A stretch of DNA of 64,000 nucleotides from Spizellomyces punctatus DAOM BR117 (taxonomy: Eukaryota): the NCBI GenBank assembly GCA_000182565.2, contig KQ257473.1. The stretch is one strand, 5' to 3'. A program made the translations under genes and the position numbers. Positions 34,131 through 49,600 of the stretch are shown piece by piece. The notes under the pieces are model-generated. The model worked only from the letters and a program-made list of their open reading frames with translations, did not search any database and had not been told where the DNA came from. Positions within the stretch are counted from its first letter, which is position 1, and every line of letters starts with the position of its first letter.

Positions 34131-37100
34131 ATGTTGAAAGATTTGCGACGCACAAACACATCGGAAACCTCTCTCATCCCTCACGCTCATCACACCCTTG
34201 CACCCTCCCAGTCCCTCTTATCTCTAGGCGTCACCTCTCAAGGCCTAACAACACCCCAAATCACCGCACGTCGACAAGAATGTGGTGCCAATATCTTGGT
34301 TGGCTCCGGGGGTGTCCGGGCTTGGAAGGTGTTGATCGGGCAAGTATGTAATGGGTTGACTGTGGTGTTGGTTGCTGCCATGGTAAGTGTACATTTCATC
34401 GCCAACTCGTCTTTCTTTGCCCTCGTACAAACATCCATCTAACATAAACAAAAAATCGCTAGTCCATCGCACTGGCCATCCAAGACTGGCTCGAAGCCGC
34501 CGTGATCCTCTTTGTTATCGTCTTCAACACAATCGTAGGCTTCCTCCAAGAATACCGTGCAGAAAAAACCATGGAAGCCCTCCAAAAAACCGCATCTCCC
34601 ACCTCCCGCGTTCTCCGCAACGGCCAAACCGAGACCATCGCGTCTGAAGATCTCGTACCAGGCGATATCCTCTTTCTGGAACAAGGGGACGCCGTTGGAG
34701 CCGATGCACGGTTGATCGAGGTCTATAATCTTCAAGTGGAGGAAGGGCTACTGACGGGTGAATCCCTCCCGGTATCCAAATCCGTTGATGCGGTTGAAAT
34801 GGATACTGCGTTGGGTGATCGACTGTGCATGGTGTATATGGGTACAAATGTCGTCAAAGGGAGAGCAAAAGCCGTGGTGGTCGCAACAGGCATGCAAACT
34901 CAAATCGGGTCCATCGCAAAATCCCTCTCGGAATCGAGCGAACCGACGAGCACGCCCCTCCAAAAACGACTCAATCACCTCGCGCTGGCCTTGTTTGTTT
35001 TTTCGATTATACTGGCTCTCATTGTATTCGCTGTGTACGGCTTTGTGTTTAGTCAAGAAGCGTCCATTTATGCGATCAGTGTCGCTATTGCCATGATCCC
35101 GGAGGGGTTGGTGGCGGTTGTGACGCTGACCATGGCGTTGGGGGTCAGGAGGATGGCAAAGCAAAAGGCAATTGTACGGAGGTTGGCGGCTTTGGAAGCC
35201 TTAGGGTCGACAACAGATATTTGTTCCGACAAGGTATTGAACGTGGACTTTTTGCTGCATAAAAACGGCATTGTTAACCAACCAATCTTACAAAATACAC
35301 AAACAGACAGGGACACTCACACAAGGCAAAATGGTCCTCACACAATTCTACGTCCCACATAAAGAAACTTACACCGTCACAGGGACCGGTCTGGACCCGA
35401 CAGGAACCATCCAAAGCGAGGACCACACATCAATCATCACCGAAACGCTCCCAGACTATCTGACCCGATTCGTCCAATGTGCAGCCTTATGCAACACGAG
35501 CGCGATTCACATGGACGAGGAAGGGATATGGAACGGTACCGGGGATCCCACAGAGGTAAGCGAACACCTTACAAAAGCTCTGCAACAATCACATAATCGC
35601 TTCTTGATGCTCACACACTCGTACTCCACAGATCGCACTCCAAGTCTTTGCTCACAAACTCTCCAGCGGAAAACCCGCCCTCCTCCGCACACCCGACGCA
35701 CCAACACACCCTTGGACTCTCATCGCCGAACATGCTTTTGACTCGACCTTGAAACGCATGTCCGTCGTCTACATGCACGAACCAACTAACACGGCATACG
35801 TATTCGCAAAAGGAGGGTTAGAATCACTCATACCCCTCTGCAAAAGCCTCTGGGATGAAACACCTTTGACCGAACACATACGTGCCGAAATCACAGGCAA
35901 GGTTAACGACATGGCTTCAAGAGGTTTACGCGTTCTATGCCTCGCCTATCGACGTCTAGGCTCCACACCATCCACCCGAGACGCAACGGAAAAAGATTTG
36001 ATGCTGTTGGGGTGGGCGGGTATCAATGATCCGCCGCGACCCGAGACGGCCTCAGCCGTTCAAGCATGCCACCGCGCGGGAATCACAGTACGAATGTTAA
36101 CTGGCGACCACCCCCGCACAGCTGCAGCTATCGCAGAACAGGTGGGGATCCTCGATATGAGTGGCAGTCACACCACCGTCTGTATGGACGCAGTGGAATC
36201 CAAACGTGCATGGACGGGCCCCGAATTCGATGCCTTGACAAGCGACCAGGTGGATGCATTACCGGAACTACCTCTCGTCGTCGCGCGGTGTACGCCAGAT
36301 ACCAAAGTCCGTATGATTGACGCCTTGGACCGACGGAAGAAGATTGCCGCCATGACGGGTGACGGCGTCAATGGTACGCTCCTTCGTTTTCATCAATTCT
36401 TTCTCTCTCCAATCTTCCAATTAACATACACCATGTTTAGATTCCCCATCCCTCAAAAAAGCACCAATAGGTATCGCAATGGGCACCGGAAGCGACGTAG
36501 CAAAACAAGCCTCCAGTATCGTCCTCACCGATGACAATTTCGCAACAATCGTATCAGCCATCGCACAAGGCCGGCGAATCTTTAGTAATATCCAGAAATT
36601 CGTCTTGCATCTCATGACGACCAATGTAGCCGAAATCGTTGCATTGATTATCGGATTGGCGTTTGTCGATGGGAGTGGAACGAGTGTTTACCCACTCAGT
36701 CCCCTCCAAATCCTCTTTGTCAACATGGTCACAAGGTAAGCTTTTCTTTCTTTTCGCTTCAACAGACCAACTCTAACACATGTTCTAGTTCACCTCCAGC
36801 CATGGCACTCGGCATTGAACCCCCACAACCCACCCAGATGTCCCACGCCTACACACCAACCCTCTTTTCACGCAACATGATATTCGATATAACATACTAC
36901 GGTCTCACAATGGGATCCCTTACTCTCGCCGTCTTTATCCTCCGGATTTTCGCATTCGGAAATGGGTTAGGCCACGGATGCAATTTATACCATGATGACG
37001 ATGATTCGATTGCAGGGTGTAGGGATGTCTACCGCGCGCGTGCAACAGCCTTTGTCACTCTCACTTGGACCATCCTTATCCATGCCTACGTATGCAGGCA

Positions 37101-37386
37101 CCGCACACAGAGCACATTCCACGGATGGAAAACCAACAAAGCCCTAGCGTACTGCTGTCTATTCGGTATGGTCATTGTCGTGCCCGCGCTGTATATCCCC
37201 GGCACGCAATACGTCTTTCGGCATGAAGGTATAGGATGGGAATGGGGGATGGTCGTTGTGGCTTGCTTGGTGTATATTGCGTCGGCGGAGGGGTACAAGT
37301 TTTTGTGGAGAGTTTGGATGAGGAGAAGGGGGCAGAATGAGATTGTGGAGGCACACGAAGAAATGAAGATGGTGGGTGATGCATGA
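34131..37386 (+). CDS. ENA1: P-type ATPase, type IID (ENA-like Na+/K+ efflux pump)
   Basis: LVPGD, LTGES, IPEGL, ICSDK|TGTLT (intron-split), GDPTE, KRMSV, DPPR, LTGDH, MTGDGVN|D; FLQEYRAEKTM and LEALG context resembles fungal ENA pumps. Confidence 0.85.
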
Positions 37387-38919
37387 TGGTTATTGTATCT
37401 AGGGAATGGCAAGACATTTTGTAAAAGGACGGTCATATAATATATTTTTCTTTATTTACCAATACTACCACTTGAAGACCAATCTGCCAAAGAATAAAAG
37501 ATGTTACAGGTAAAGGCAGCAAGTTGTGAAACCACGCACTCAACGGACTTGACAAAAGACCTGAAAATATACAAGATGCAGTTTCATACCAGGGCTCAGC
37601 TCGTCGTATGAATAGGTCAATAGACCACTCATAATGGGCATGTACACGTTCTAGTCTAAACTATCGCTAAAAACAAACTCTGAAATGATAAACAAATGCA
37701 GTAAAACCACCAATTCCCCATGCATCATCACAAATCACCCTTTTTTCAGAACTACCTTGAAGTTTTCCCGTCCTTTTTCCCCACAACGGTAGGCCGACAG
37801 TGGTATGACAAGCACCGCCAAAGAACGTTATAGTCAGAGGAAGGCAAAGAAACGGCAGAGTCAGAACAATGCACCACAGAAGAATTCGTAAAATATCCTA
37901 GAAGAAAAGTAATCGACACAGAGACAGAAGAAAGGAAAAGAAACGGCAGGGTCGACAATGCTTTGATAAACAGCTCTGTCGATCCAAAGCAAACTTGAGA
38001 TGTAGGCTCGGTCAGCGACATTGGCACAGAATCAGATATAGCTTGTGCGACCTGTTCCTGGGCTCGCCAAGCGGGACATTCGGTTTACGTAGAGGAAATT
38101 GCATCTTCCCCTCAGAAAACCCGCTATGATTCGATAGCAATCTCAACCATTTCACTAGAGTCAGGTTGTGACATGAGATTCTTTGAGGGAAATCAAGTAG
38201 AGTATTGGAATCTTTGGACCAATTTTCTCGCTCAGCCAAGACTTCCAGACAGCATAATTCGACAGAGAAATATTCCCAACCTGTTAATTAGAAGTAGCTA
38301 CTCCAGATGCAACCTTTGGTTTTAAATGATTTGTAAATCTTGTAAGTTTTTAGAGGAACCATAATAACAAAATCAACCAAAAGCTCGCCCCAAGCCAAGG
38401 ATTCGCGCCACGGTGAGTGCGTCAGTAGTCGATCTCGGCAAGACTTCTCAAATATTTTGGAGGGGGCTACCAAAAAGCAGTGCAAAGCTGTTTCTACGGC
38501 TGCTCATTAGGTGGGTCTATTGCGTCCTCAGCTGTGGTGACAACCAAAAGCTCTTTCACCAACGAGCTGATGGGTGGAGAAGCTGCGATGGTCAGCTCTT
38601 TTGCCGCTGAAACATGGGCCGATTATTGAGGTTGAAGATACTTTCCAGATACTGGAAAGTTCTGAGACATCGGAAAACAATTGCTTATCATGTAGCGTCA
38701 GATGTGAACATCACGCTACCACTCCTGAGGATACATGGAGTGAGAAGGCAGAGGCTCTGCCCTCAAAATCCAGGGCAGTTAGCAACAGCATAGGTAAATC
38801 CAAAGTTAGAATTCCGTCCGCAAAAGCGTCTTTGACGGCAATCTATGGTGCAATACGTGTAGTCTTGAATGGAGAAAGTGACTCTCTTAAAGTCTTCGAC
38901 CAACACACAAAACAAATTT

Positions 38920-41900
38920 CTACCCCTTGACATCCACCTTCTCCTCCTTCTCCTTCTTCTTCCTCACTCCACCCCCCCTCCTCCAAAAAGTGCCCCCAAA
39001 AGCCTGCTCATACTCGCAAAAAAAACAGACCCATTCCCCAGGTTTATCCATTTGACGAATGGCGTTCGTGTAGCGCGCGCGACGGTACCGGTAGGGTATG
39101 AGCGGTTTCGAAAAGGTGGAGAGGATGGTTTCGTTCGTGTCCTTGTCGTCGGAGGAGGTTTCGGAGGGAAGAGATGGGGGTTTGTCGCGGGAATTGTCGG
39201 TCGTGCCCACAGTTGGAGCAGAGGGTGTACCAGATGTCGTGGTTTGCGGCTGCTGCTGCTGCTGCTGTTGTGGTTGTTGCTGCTGCTGTTGAGCAGCGTT
39301 ACCGCCCCCTTTCTTTTTCTTTTTCTTTTTAGCTTTGGTTGCGGGTGGCGCGCCCGTGGGAACCACTTTGGTATGCGCTGCTTCGATCGCCAACACCTTT
39401 TCCAACTCTGTGTCGTCCAGTAGATCAGGTAGATCTGTAATCTCTTGTATATCTGAATAATCAATGTCGGCTTCTTCTTTCTCAAGCTCGTCGCTGGGTG
39501 TGTTGGCTGGGGTGGGAGGTTGTGCGGGTGCAGGCGTAGGTTTGGGACCCACTGAAGTGGGGGAGCCTCCCTCCGCCTGCGTTGCAGCCGTGGCATTCGC
39601 TTCAGAAATATCACTTGGAGACGGCTTGGTTGAAGACGCTGATGTTCCCCCGGTTCCCGTTTGCCCAAATTCAAATTTCATCTCTGTGGGGGAAACAACA
39701 ATTTTGGGTCTCGGAGGAAGGTCGCCGTCATCCACTCCAGGAATCGAAAACTTGACTCGCCCATTCACCCCACCCGTCTCTATTCCAACGCCTAAACCAT
39801 TACTGGCTGCCACAGATCTAAACCCTCCATCAAAGCCACTTCGTCCAAAACCATTTGAAACCGTTGCAGCACTAACCACCTCATTCTCGCCATTTCCATT
39901 CCCCATCAACGAAGCCGGTAATGCTCGTTTCTTGTTCTTTACTCCTTCACTAGTTCTGTTGGTGCTGTTTCGAAGACTTTCATCCTCTGAACTGCTATCA
40001 CCCATGAGCCCCTGCTGGCCGACCAGTCCCGTCCAAGTCAAAGTCGGCGCCGGGACAGACTGAGAAGTAATCGTCGACGTTCGGCCCGGTGAGGATCCGG
40101 ACGGGTATGCTGGAGGTCGAAGCTTTTTCTTTGGCAAAGGTTTGATCGGCTTATGGAATACCCCGGGGATCCCCGGGTACAGCGACCCGCTGGCCGACCC
40201 TGGGCTGAGCGGAGAGTTTGCCAAATCAAAGGCAGAAGGCATACTGCCGCGGGGTGGAGTCACAGGAGCAGGGGGGAAAAAGGGATTAGAGTTTGTGGGG
40301 GACGCGTTTGAAATACTCGAGGCTGGCACAACTCCTCCTTGTCCAGGAAGCGAGTAGCCTGGGTTAGGCGGTAACGCTGTTGGGATGGCCATACCCGCCG
40401 CAGGCGGCGTTGATACAGTGGGAAAAGATTTCATAGCAGTGGGACCTGAAAGTTTCCAATGTCAGCATGTCCATCCTCGGAAGACAAACAGATAAGCATT
40501 CATTCCTACCAAACGCTGCGGAAAAGAATGGCATAGTTGCGCCAGAGGTGAAGGCTTGGGCTGAAAGCTCGTCGGAGTCACCTTTCGGTTGCATGGAACC
40601 ATCCATTACCAATGTTGAAAAGAATGGCATCGCTCCGGTAGGAAACGTCTGACCAGACAGTTCCTGGCCCTCAGCTCCCGACTCTAGTTCCCCGCTCGTC
40701 GACGCAACTTGATAGAAATTGCCAGTCCAAGCCGTGCTAGGAATGCTATTGGAGAAAAACGCAGACGATGCATGCTTCCTAATATCCACGTTGGAAGTAT
40801 CGTCCGTTCCACTTGGCCCCATTCGACCTGTCAACTGTTCCTTCGTCTCTGCTCCGGTAAACTGCTTTTGCTGATTCATATTTCCAAAAGGCGGAATGAG
40901 CGAACTTGTTTGCACCATCGGCGTCGGACTCCACCATGCACACCCCGAACATGAATGCTGAACTACACGGCCTTGGGCATCCGTCACTTCATGGAAATGT
41001 GGAGGCTGTGATTGCAGAAGACCGTTCGCGGCTGGATACATAGCAAAGCCGGGCTTGGGCATCGCTTGCGCACTTTCGCTAGTGGCTGGCCCTGCTGTTG
41101 ATGCAAAATTACAATTGATTTGCATGGACAGGCTAGAGTCCGTTCCTTTCGCACCACTAGCGCCTGGCTCTGGCATAACAGAAGAACTGTCAGTCACCAT
41201 TCCCCCAGTCCCTTTCTGTATTGGACCCGCAGGTGATCCTGGTTCCGCTATTCATTTGAATTGTTGGTGAAAACTATGCAGCGCGTAATACGTCTACCTT
41301 TTGTGACTTACCAGCGCCTGGCACAGCGTCGACTGGTGGTGCCTGAAGCTGTCCCTCAAAAGACATCCTCGCTACCAGATTCGGTATTGGTCCAATCGGA
41401 GTCGGTTCCTCTATCTTGTCCACAATCGCCTTTCCCACAACAGAAGATGCGACGGTAGGAACGTGTGTCCAGTGAACAAGGGACGGCTTATGCTTTGCGT
41501 CTCCGTGTAGGGGAAGATCCGTGCTAAATGAGCCCGCTCGCTTCGTCCGCTGGTGGGATGGTAAACTGAATAATCCTAGTCCGTGTGGAGAACCGGGACT
41601 ACTTCGGGCTAGTGATCCCTCGCTGACGGGTGAAAAAAGTGACTTTCCTGCGTTCTTTCAAAGAGTAAAGTGATGAGATTTGAGCAATAATTGACACATC
41701 TATTCAGCCATGTAGCACCGCTTCCTCACCGTAAAACTAGCGTTATGCTCTACAGGGGCTATATCAAGGCTGATAAGCGGAGTGGAAGATGTACCAGGTG
41801 ACAACGGCTTCGTGTACGAAGGCTGCGTGTTATTCCGGCTTCTAGATCGACGACGTTTCGGAGGCGATAACCAAGGTTGCTCTGATTTAATACTCGAGTA

Positions 41901-41990
41901 ATCCTCTGCGATCTCGCTGTCGTAGTTGCTGTGCTGCGCCTCGCTGATGGTCTCTGTCTCTAATGGCTCTTTGTTCTGGGCTTGTCCCAT
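38920..41990 (-). CDS. Large low-complexity protein with C-terminal WVCFFCEYE motif (multi-exon)
   Basis: ORFs 41700-41990, 40364-41200 and 38920-40434 linked by GT-AG introns; Ser/Pro-rich, KKKKKKK, polyQ, CxxC. Start is inferred. Confidence 0.6.
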
Positions 41991-42908
41991 CGTTGAACTC
42001 CCCTACAGGGAAGATCTAGGTTCCCCGTGTGGCCCTGCACCCTCGAAACAGGATCCGATACACGACGTCGCCCGCGATGTGTTCAATCCGAGCATACGCC
42101 CAAGGCCACCGCAAAAGACGGATGCTGCGCAGTAGAAGATAGACCAGTTTAGAAGAAAAGGATTGCTTCAAGATAATCCGTGCCGCGACAGCAATAGTGC
42201 CTTTCGCCGTCTGCAACCTAACAACTGATACAAAACACAGCAGGATTGGGCCGCGGGCATGCCGTACACAACTTCGGCCAAATTGCAACTCTTTTTACCG
42301 CCCAAACATTACAGTTTACTCACCGTCAAAAGTTCCAATGTTGATACACAAGTATCCTATCCCGGACCGAGACCAAAACTTTTGCAAATCTGAAAACAGC
42401 GTGTAACGAGACGCATGGTAAGAACAAGGACGCACAATTTCGAGATCCGTGCCGCGAATCAAAACAAGGTCCCAGAGCGGATTTCTATATGCTCCTGGCT
42501 ATCCCCACCAATATGATTCCAACTCTTTTCTTCCACCGGCCATATCTCACCTTGGGTAAACTGTTAGAATGCCAGTCTCGTACACTCTTACGCAGCAAAC
42601 TCCAAGGTCCCAAAAAATGCACAGAGTATCTCTTCTTGTAAAAAAAAAAAGGAAATGCGTGCAGCACCACTCTTGACTATCAGCACGTTCTCAAACGTCC
42701 AAGAAGACGCAAGGGAGTATTGGGAGTTAAATCTACAAGAAAATCGACAGCGTTGGTGGGGGGGAAGAAACACTTTTCCAGAGCTCTGCGGGCCAAAACC
42801 TTCGCCAGCCTGTCGTATATTATGGTCTTGTGGCACAGTCATGTATGATTAGGAACTTGTCAACTCTCCGCCCCCCCAACACGGCCAGATGCTTTCTCGA
42901 CAGCTGCA

Positions 42909-43237
42909 ATGTCAACGTCCCCGGGGATTCTGGACACGTTAAGTCAACGACTAGCTGCAGTTCAACACGTAACACACTCTACGAAAGAGGAATCGGAATG
43001 GACGGAAGGCTCAGAGTCAGATGATGACGCGGGTGAAACTGAGTTGGACTCGACCAAGTTGGTCATCCTCATGGTCCCTGTCTTGATCCCTATGCTTGCG
43101 AAAATGCTGGGACGATATGGTATGCATACGGTGAAATCATACACATATCGTAGAGCTTCCTCTTTAAGCTCGTTGCTGATGGATACTTTTGTACAGTAAC
43201 CATCAACTTGATGCGAAGATTTTTCCGCTCCTCGTGA
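42909..43237 (+). CDS. Small acidic single-TM protein, Mim2-like
   Basis: Acidic stretch then VILMVPVLIPMLAKMLGRY spliced to VTINLMRRFFRSS; the LP..K.LGR pattern recalls mitochondrial import protein Mim2. Confidence 0.5.
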
Positions 43238-43602
43238 TGGAACGATAGGAGGAAACGACTAAAACGCTGGCCAACGTTGATGGAGCTAAATGACAGTCGA
43301 TAACAAGGCATTCGCAATGTGCTGTCACTATGATTGTGGCACCCATGTGTGCTGTCAGTGCTTTTTATGGACTGTTCGGCAATAGTCATTGGTCATATCC
43401 TTGTTAATGGGGGATCCGCCAGGTTTACTAAGGGTAGGCAAGGCTTCAGGGCAGATCACACATCAGAAACCTAAGGATAGCCCTAATACAAATGCGGAGG
43501 GTACGAATATTTGGAATGTAAATTTAGACAGTGTCCATGAATATATGTAAATGACACCTATCCTTGATCATGATTTGAAAGTATAGTCTAGCTAATCATG
43601 AT

Positions 43603-46600
43603 TTAAAAGTATAAACTAGCTGCAAATACGATATCTCGCTTAATGCTCTCCCTAGCCTCTTCCATTTTTTTGTACAAACTAGCGTCACCAATGAGGCGAG
43701 CTGTCCCCTGCACTTCACGACAAGTTTCCTCCAACCGTACAATGGTGCGGACGATGGAACCTGGAAGGAGAAGCAGGGCGTCAACAAACACAATCATTTG
43801 TGGAAACAATCTTGTCAACATATACCTTCCAGTACGTCTGTCAAGTCTGTGATATGTTTGAAAGGTAATCCACGTGCCCATTCATAGACGACCTCCACCA
43901 ATCCAAATTTCAGACCCGCCATCACATCTTCCAAGCGCACATCTAGTCCGCAATTACGTTGCACTTCTGCGACTCGGGTGCCAATTTCAATGATGGTTTT
44001 GACTCCCTATTGTGGTACATGTGGATTAGCCTTCTCATTGACGACAGTGGAAGAACAGGTTTGCACCGCACCGTTTCCAATCTGGGAGTCAAAACTGGCT
44101 CACTCTGGGTCTTCTCCTGGAAGACAAAGCAACTCAATAGCGCAACAATCTCAGCAGGTTCGTATTCGGCAAGCACGTTGTCCAGGATCAACTCTGTCAA
44201 AATGAGTTCGTCTGCGGTGTTTATCTAGTGGTGGTATTATAACATTAGTACTCATCATGTTATTCTCAAGACACAACGTTCACAAACCTCGCAGGCCACG
44301 CGTCCTTTGATCGTCACTGTCCCGTTCTCGTCCACAAACCGCAAAACCTTGAGAACATCTACTCGTTGATGATAATCCGGAAGTAACTCAAGATTCTGGT
44401 CGGAAATCGAGTGCGCGAGTTCTGCAACTTGCTGTTGTAACAGCCGTTCGTTGTAAACTTGTGCGTACTATAGAGTGAAATGATAAACAGAATTAAATTC
44501 CAAGCTCCTGCGGGTGTTTCTCATTTAGCACGTACGTGTTCAATTAAATCAGGACATCGGACACACTGGAAGGAGTCCAGCTGTCTCATCAGAGACTCCT
44601 TCTCTCGATATCGTTCTTGAAAGTCGAGGTCCCGCATCTTGCTCCAGTCGTGCTCCGGGATCTCCACTTTAGAGAATGTATTGAGTAACCTGACCTTTGC
44701 GCAATGGAACTTTTGCAGACCAACTTACCACCCTCGTTCATCTCTTCAGCCAACCGGAGAAGCTGCTGCCCAGATCTGGACATTTCATCCCGGTCCCGTC
44801 TTTTCAAGATGATGTCCGCGTCCACCTTAATGACAGAGTTACTCGACATGAACATCTGACAAGTGACCTGAACATGTGTCTCACCTTTATCTGCAACTTT
44901 GTAATGACGGCAATATCTGTATAGGGAACGGTGGTAACCACCTGGTCGATTCTTCCGATTGGGGGAACAGATACACGCGTCACTGGCAATGGCGCCATAT
45001 CTAGACCGATGAAGATACATTGGAATATTAATCTGAGTTGATCTTTTTCGGTCAAAACGACGTCGATACCTTTAAAAGTAGAAACTGGATGCTCCTCCCG
45101 CGCCATGGTCAAAATCAGAACTGCATAGCTCCTATCTGAGTCCGCGCCACGAGTGCCCATCGTCGGCAACGATCTTCCTCCCTCAAGAGCTGCTCCTGTA
45201 CCAAGAATCACAGCGACAGAATTCCTGTAAAACTGAGTAAAGAATAAGACTTTTGAGTATTATGAATTACGTCATAGCACGACACTTACACTGCTGTTGA
45301 CGACAACAACTCGGCCAACGGCTAGCGCCTTTGCGCCAACTGGAGTTTTAATGATCCTCTCACGGAGCTCGTGCTGAAGCAGCACTATCCGACTTGACAG
45401 ATCGTAGTATTGGTAAATGTCAGGTCCGCAAATCGCGCAGGCGAGTCTGTCAAGCGTCGAAAGCGCTTGGGTCGTCTACAAAGTGCTTTTGTAAATGCTG
45501 CAATCATAAACAATGCGCAACGCGTCCAGAAGCCAACCTCAGCATGCAGTTTCTGTTGTTCCGGTAGCAGCTTTTGAGCAACATTTTCAGAGAAACTGCG
45601 CTTAATCATTTCCTCCACTTTGAGCGCTTCCACACGGAGGAGGTTCAAGATCATGTTATAAGTTAAGCGGAATTGTGACTCCAACTTCGTGGGAGGACCA
45701 AGGAGCATCTTTTGGAGTGTGGTAGTCTAGATTGCACAAAACAAATATTACATATTGCTGTAAAGTCTCTCCTTCGATCCATACTTACGTCAGGGACTTC
45801 ATCGTTACAGGCCACAATCACGACTCCGGTATCATCCAGTCCACGTCGCCCAGCTCTGCCAGACATTTGGGTATACTCACCTACCGCAAAATTCTTGATA
45901 AGCAACGCGATGAACCAAACTGGTAGCAAACTACACCGATCCTACCAGGTAACAGGTCACGGAACGACCGGCCGTCGTGTTTTCTTATCGAAGAGAAGAC
46001 AACGCAACGGGCTGGAGCATTGACGCCCATCGCAAAGGTTTCTGTAGCAAACAGGCATTTCACCAGTCCACGAGTGAAGAGAATCTCCACCATCTACACA
46101 AACAAGATGTAATTGATATACACTGGAACTCCTGGCGGCACTTGGCATAAAAAGGACATACCTCCTTCACAATGGGTAACAAGCCGCCATGGTGTACCGC
46201 AATCCCGCGACTCAGCAGGTCTCGCATTCGCAAAATCTGCGGCAACTCTTTATCGGTTCCTGATGAGGTCAGATGAAATTATGAGTGAATGTGCCTTAGT
46301 TCAACTAGCGTTGTTCACCCGCGTACCTTTCAGCCTCGACACGCATTTCTCAATAAAAACATGCACCTCACTCTTCTCTGCAGCACCGCTCGTAAAGTCG
46401 ACATTGACAAGTCCATTGGCATATTCTTCGCATCTCTTCTTGGAGAACGTGAAGATAATCACGGGAAGAAGTTGCTTTTTTTTGAGGAGTCCAAGCATGT
46501 GGACGTACATGTTGCGATCCTAATACCGAGTGACATTAGTTTCGGACCACGTCAAGGATGCAGTTTCGTTTGGTACCTACCGTCTGTCCCGAAGCCCTAG

Positions 46601-49600
46601 CATTTGGTCCTCCTCCACGTCCACCTCCTGCGCTTACAAAATTTGCTCCGCTTCCCCCTCCGCCTCTGTGAGCTCCCCGAGCACCTCCTCGAGCACCTCC
46701 TCGGCCACCACGGGGTGCAGCACCACCAGGAGCCACTCTAGGTACTTCCTTCTTTCGTCCCGTTAAAGCATCCTGAGCCGTCTTCCACCTGTAAAGGATG
46801 CCACGTACGTCATACATCATATTCTACGAGTACGCTGCCGAAATATAGGCCTACGACACTTACCCGTTGACGTAGAACTTCTTTTGAGCATCAACAATCT
46901 TATGTAAATCTTTATCTGAGGGCGGTACGTATAAGAAATGTTCAAGTGGAACAGGCCGCTTCGCCGTGGATATCACATAAATATCCTTCTTCTTTGTTCG
47001 CCTGCCAGGAAGAGAAAGAGTCAAGAGCTGTATGGAACCATTAGGTCGTATAGTTGTGATCCTACCCAACCCAGTCTGCAAATTCTCTGGTATTTGGTAC
47101 AGTTGCCGACAATAGAATGAGATTGACGTGGGCGGGTAACATGATGATGACCTCTTCCCACACGACACCCCGCTAAAAGAATATTATAAGCCCACAATTT
47201 GCTTGAGCAGAGAATCTCGCGAACTCGCTTACCTCAATATCATTCACATAGTGGACCTCATCAAAAATGACAAATTCCACATCCCTAATCAGATCGGCCC
47301 CCCGATACAACATACTTCTCAGAATCTCTGTTGTCATGACAAGGCAACTAGCTTCAGGTTTGATTTGCACATCGCCCGTAAGGATTCCCACGTCCTCGAA
47401 CGTGGTGCGGAAGTCGCGAAACTTTTGATTACTCAAGGCTTTGATGGGCGATGTGTAAATTGCACTATTGAAATCCGGTTGTTACAAAGTGTCCGAACAT
47501 AATGCAAACGGCAAAGCAATGTAGCGTCTAAAGGACGTACCGAGTCATATGCTTTTGAGCCAACGCAATCGCATACTCAGCCACCACCGTTTTTCCAGCG
47601 GAAGTATGTGCAGCAACGAACACTGAATCACCATTTTCAAGATGGTACACTGCTTGCTTCTGGAAAACGTCGAGTTCAAATGGAAACTGAAGGCAGATGA
47701 TTAATGAGATTAGCGAACCGAAAGATGAAAATATCGGAACTCTGGGTTACCTCATGCGCAAGTTCCGGCACAAGGTCGTAAAAGTCTGGAAAGTCGTTAT
47801 TGATATCCACAACATGCGCCCATTCTTTGTGTGCAATGGCCTTGGGTCTCGGTGGAGGAAGGGGTAGACCTTCCGGCTGAGCAAAGTAAGCAAGATGTCC
47901 CCTAATCAACCGTCTAAATTCAACATGATGTGTGTACCTTATCTGGAAGGAGTTCGTCTACCTCGTTTCCCTCCTCGGTGGAGGGTGAGATCTTCTCCTC
48001 CTGTTGAGATGTCGCTTCCTGTCAATCCAGCCGGCACACGGTGTCGTGGTAAGAAAATTAGAGGTTACTTCTTGATCATTATGGTGGATGACGCACCGGC
48101 TCGGTAGGCATATTCACTCCTTCTTCCTTAAGAAATTCGAATGCCAAATCGTCTCCACCAGTCAGAATCTCTTGAATGTTGAGCATCGTCTTTCTGGGCG
48201 CTGCGATCATTGGAGCTTGGTCTGGCCATAGCAGTGATTGGTCAACATAAGACTGACCGAGACTGGAAACCTGGCTAAAGAGTACCATTTAATATCAGGC
48301 CACGATCGAATCCAGGCGGTACCATGAGGAGGTCATCTAGAAAGAGAGGGTGATCATGGTTACGAGAATGATACAGTCATTTACCATTCCGAGCAGCTCA
48401 CCTTCGTCAAACTTTAATAATTCCTCCAACTGCTTTTCCAGCTCTTCCAGGGGCTCATCTTCGACCAGTGTCACTGCTTCCAGCCCACCTGCAGAAAGTT
48501 GCTCTGAGAACACACACCAGGTTCAAAAGACCAAAATCAGCGGACCTGGGGCAAAGGGCAAATTTGTGGGATGTCCTCTCACGAAGTCCGAGATTCCCGC
48601 CGGTTCGCGGTGAACTGAAGTGGAGTTCTTTGCTGTAAGTGCATGGTCAGGAAGAATGACCTGCACGCAAAGAAGAAACGAAAACCAAATCAGAATGTAT
48701 TCCATAACCCATTCTAAACAACATGTATATTTTGATAAATATCTCTCACAAATCGGTCAATCAGTGCAACTAATTTAGATCATAATAGCAATGCGCCATC
48801 TGACACGCATGGATCGCATATGTGACCCACTTTTTCCACGCATCTAGCCGGCCGAACTATACCTATCTAACGGCAATCAAGAACAAGGGAATCTTACCTC
48901 TTCCCAGTTCCAGAAGTCCAATTCCCCTGTAACAACATCGCGTTTGATCTTCAAGTCCGTCCGCCGCTTTGAAGGCTCAACATGAAGTAGGCTCAACCAA
49001 TCTGGTTCCCGATCCACGAAACTGAACGAGAGTTAATTGGGAGTCAAGTGCGGGTGTCTATATCTCTAGAGCCTCCCACATGGGTTACCCACGGCTGAGT
49101 TCATCCACGGGGAAAGGCTCACCCTTTGTCGGGCGTGAGAAGAAATCGAAAGATATTCTCCACAGCGCCATGCATGACAAGGGAGCATTAGGTCCACGGG
49201 CATTATGCATACCGTTGAGCTCTATCTAACATGTCATCGTCTAGAGTTGGTTTTGGCATAAGATACTTTTGCGCAAGGTCGCTTTTAATATCATCAACCG
49301 TCTCCGCATCGAAAGGGCCGAGACCCAGTGGAAGCTATAAATTAAGCAGTGACAAATGAATTGTTTGCGGCTATCAACCAACAACGCTTGCATCATACAG
49401 TCGTCCTCTCGTGTGGCACACCCAACTGCCTGTGCCTTTCCTCATCCGGTACAATGGCAACATCCCCTGAGCGTCCAAGCTCAAGAAAATCAAACGGTAT
49501 TCGGTTTTCTACGGCAGGTGCTACAATTCGGTCATAAGTCTATGCAATGTAGAGCACATGTCAAGTTCCAAGCAAATCATACCAGACCCTGGAGGTTGCT

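Noticed and set aside
37440..38900. Short ORFs between the ENA ATPase and the low-complexity gene
   Set aside because: No recognisable motifs or consistent exon chain.
43568..43622. Short direct repeat over the SKI2 stop codon
   Set aside because: Local duplication of about 28 bp with no evident consequence.
46260..46278. Hammerhead-like CTGATGA..GAAA antisense to a SKI2 intron
   Set aside because: No stem II with the required G-C closing pair and no stems I/III.
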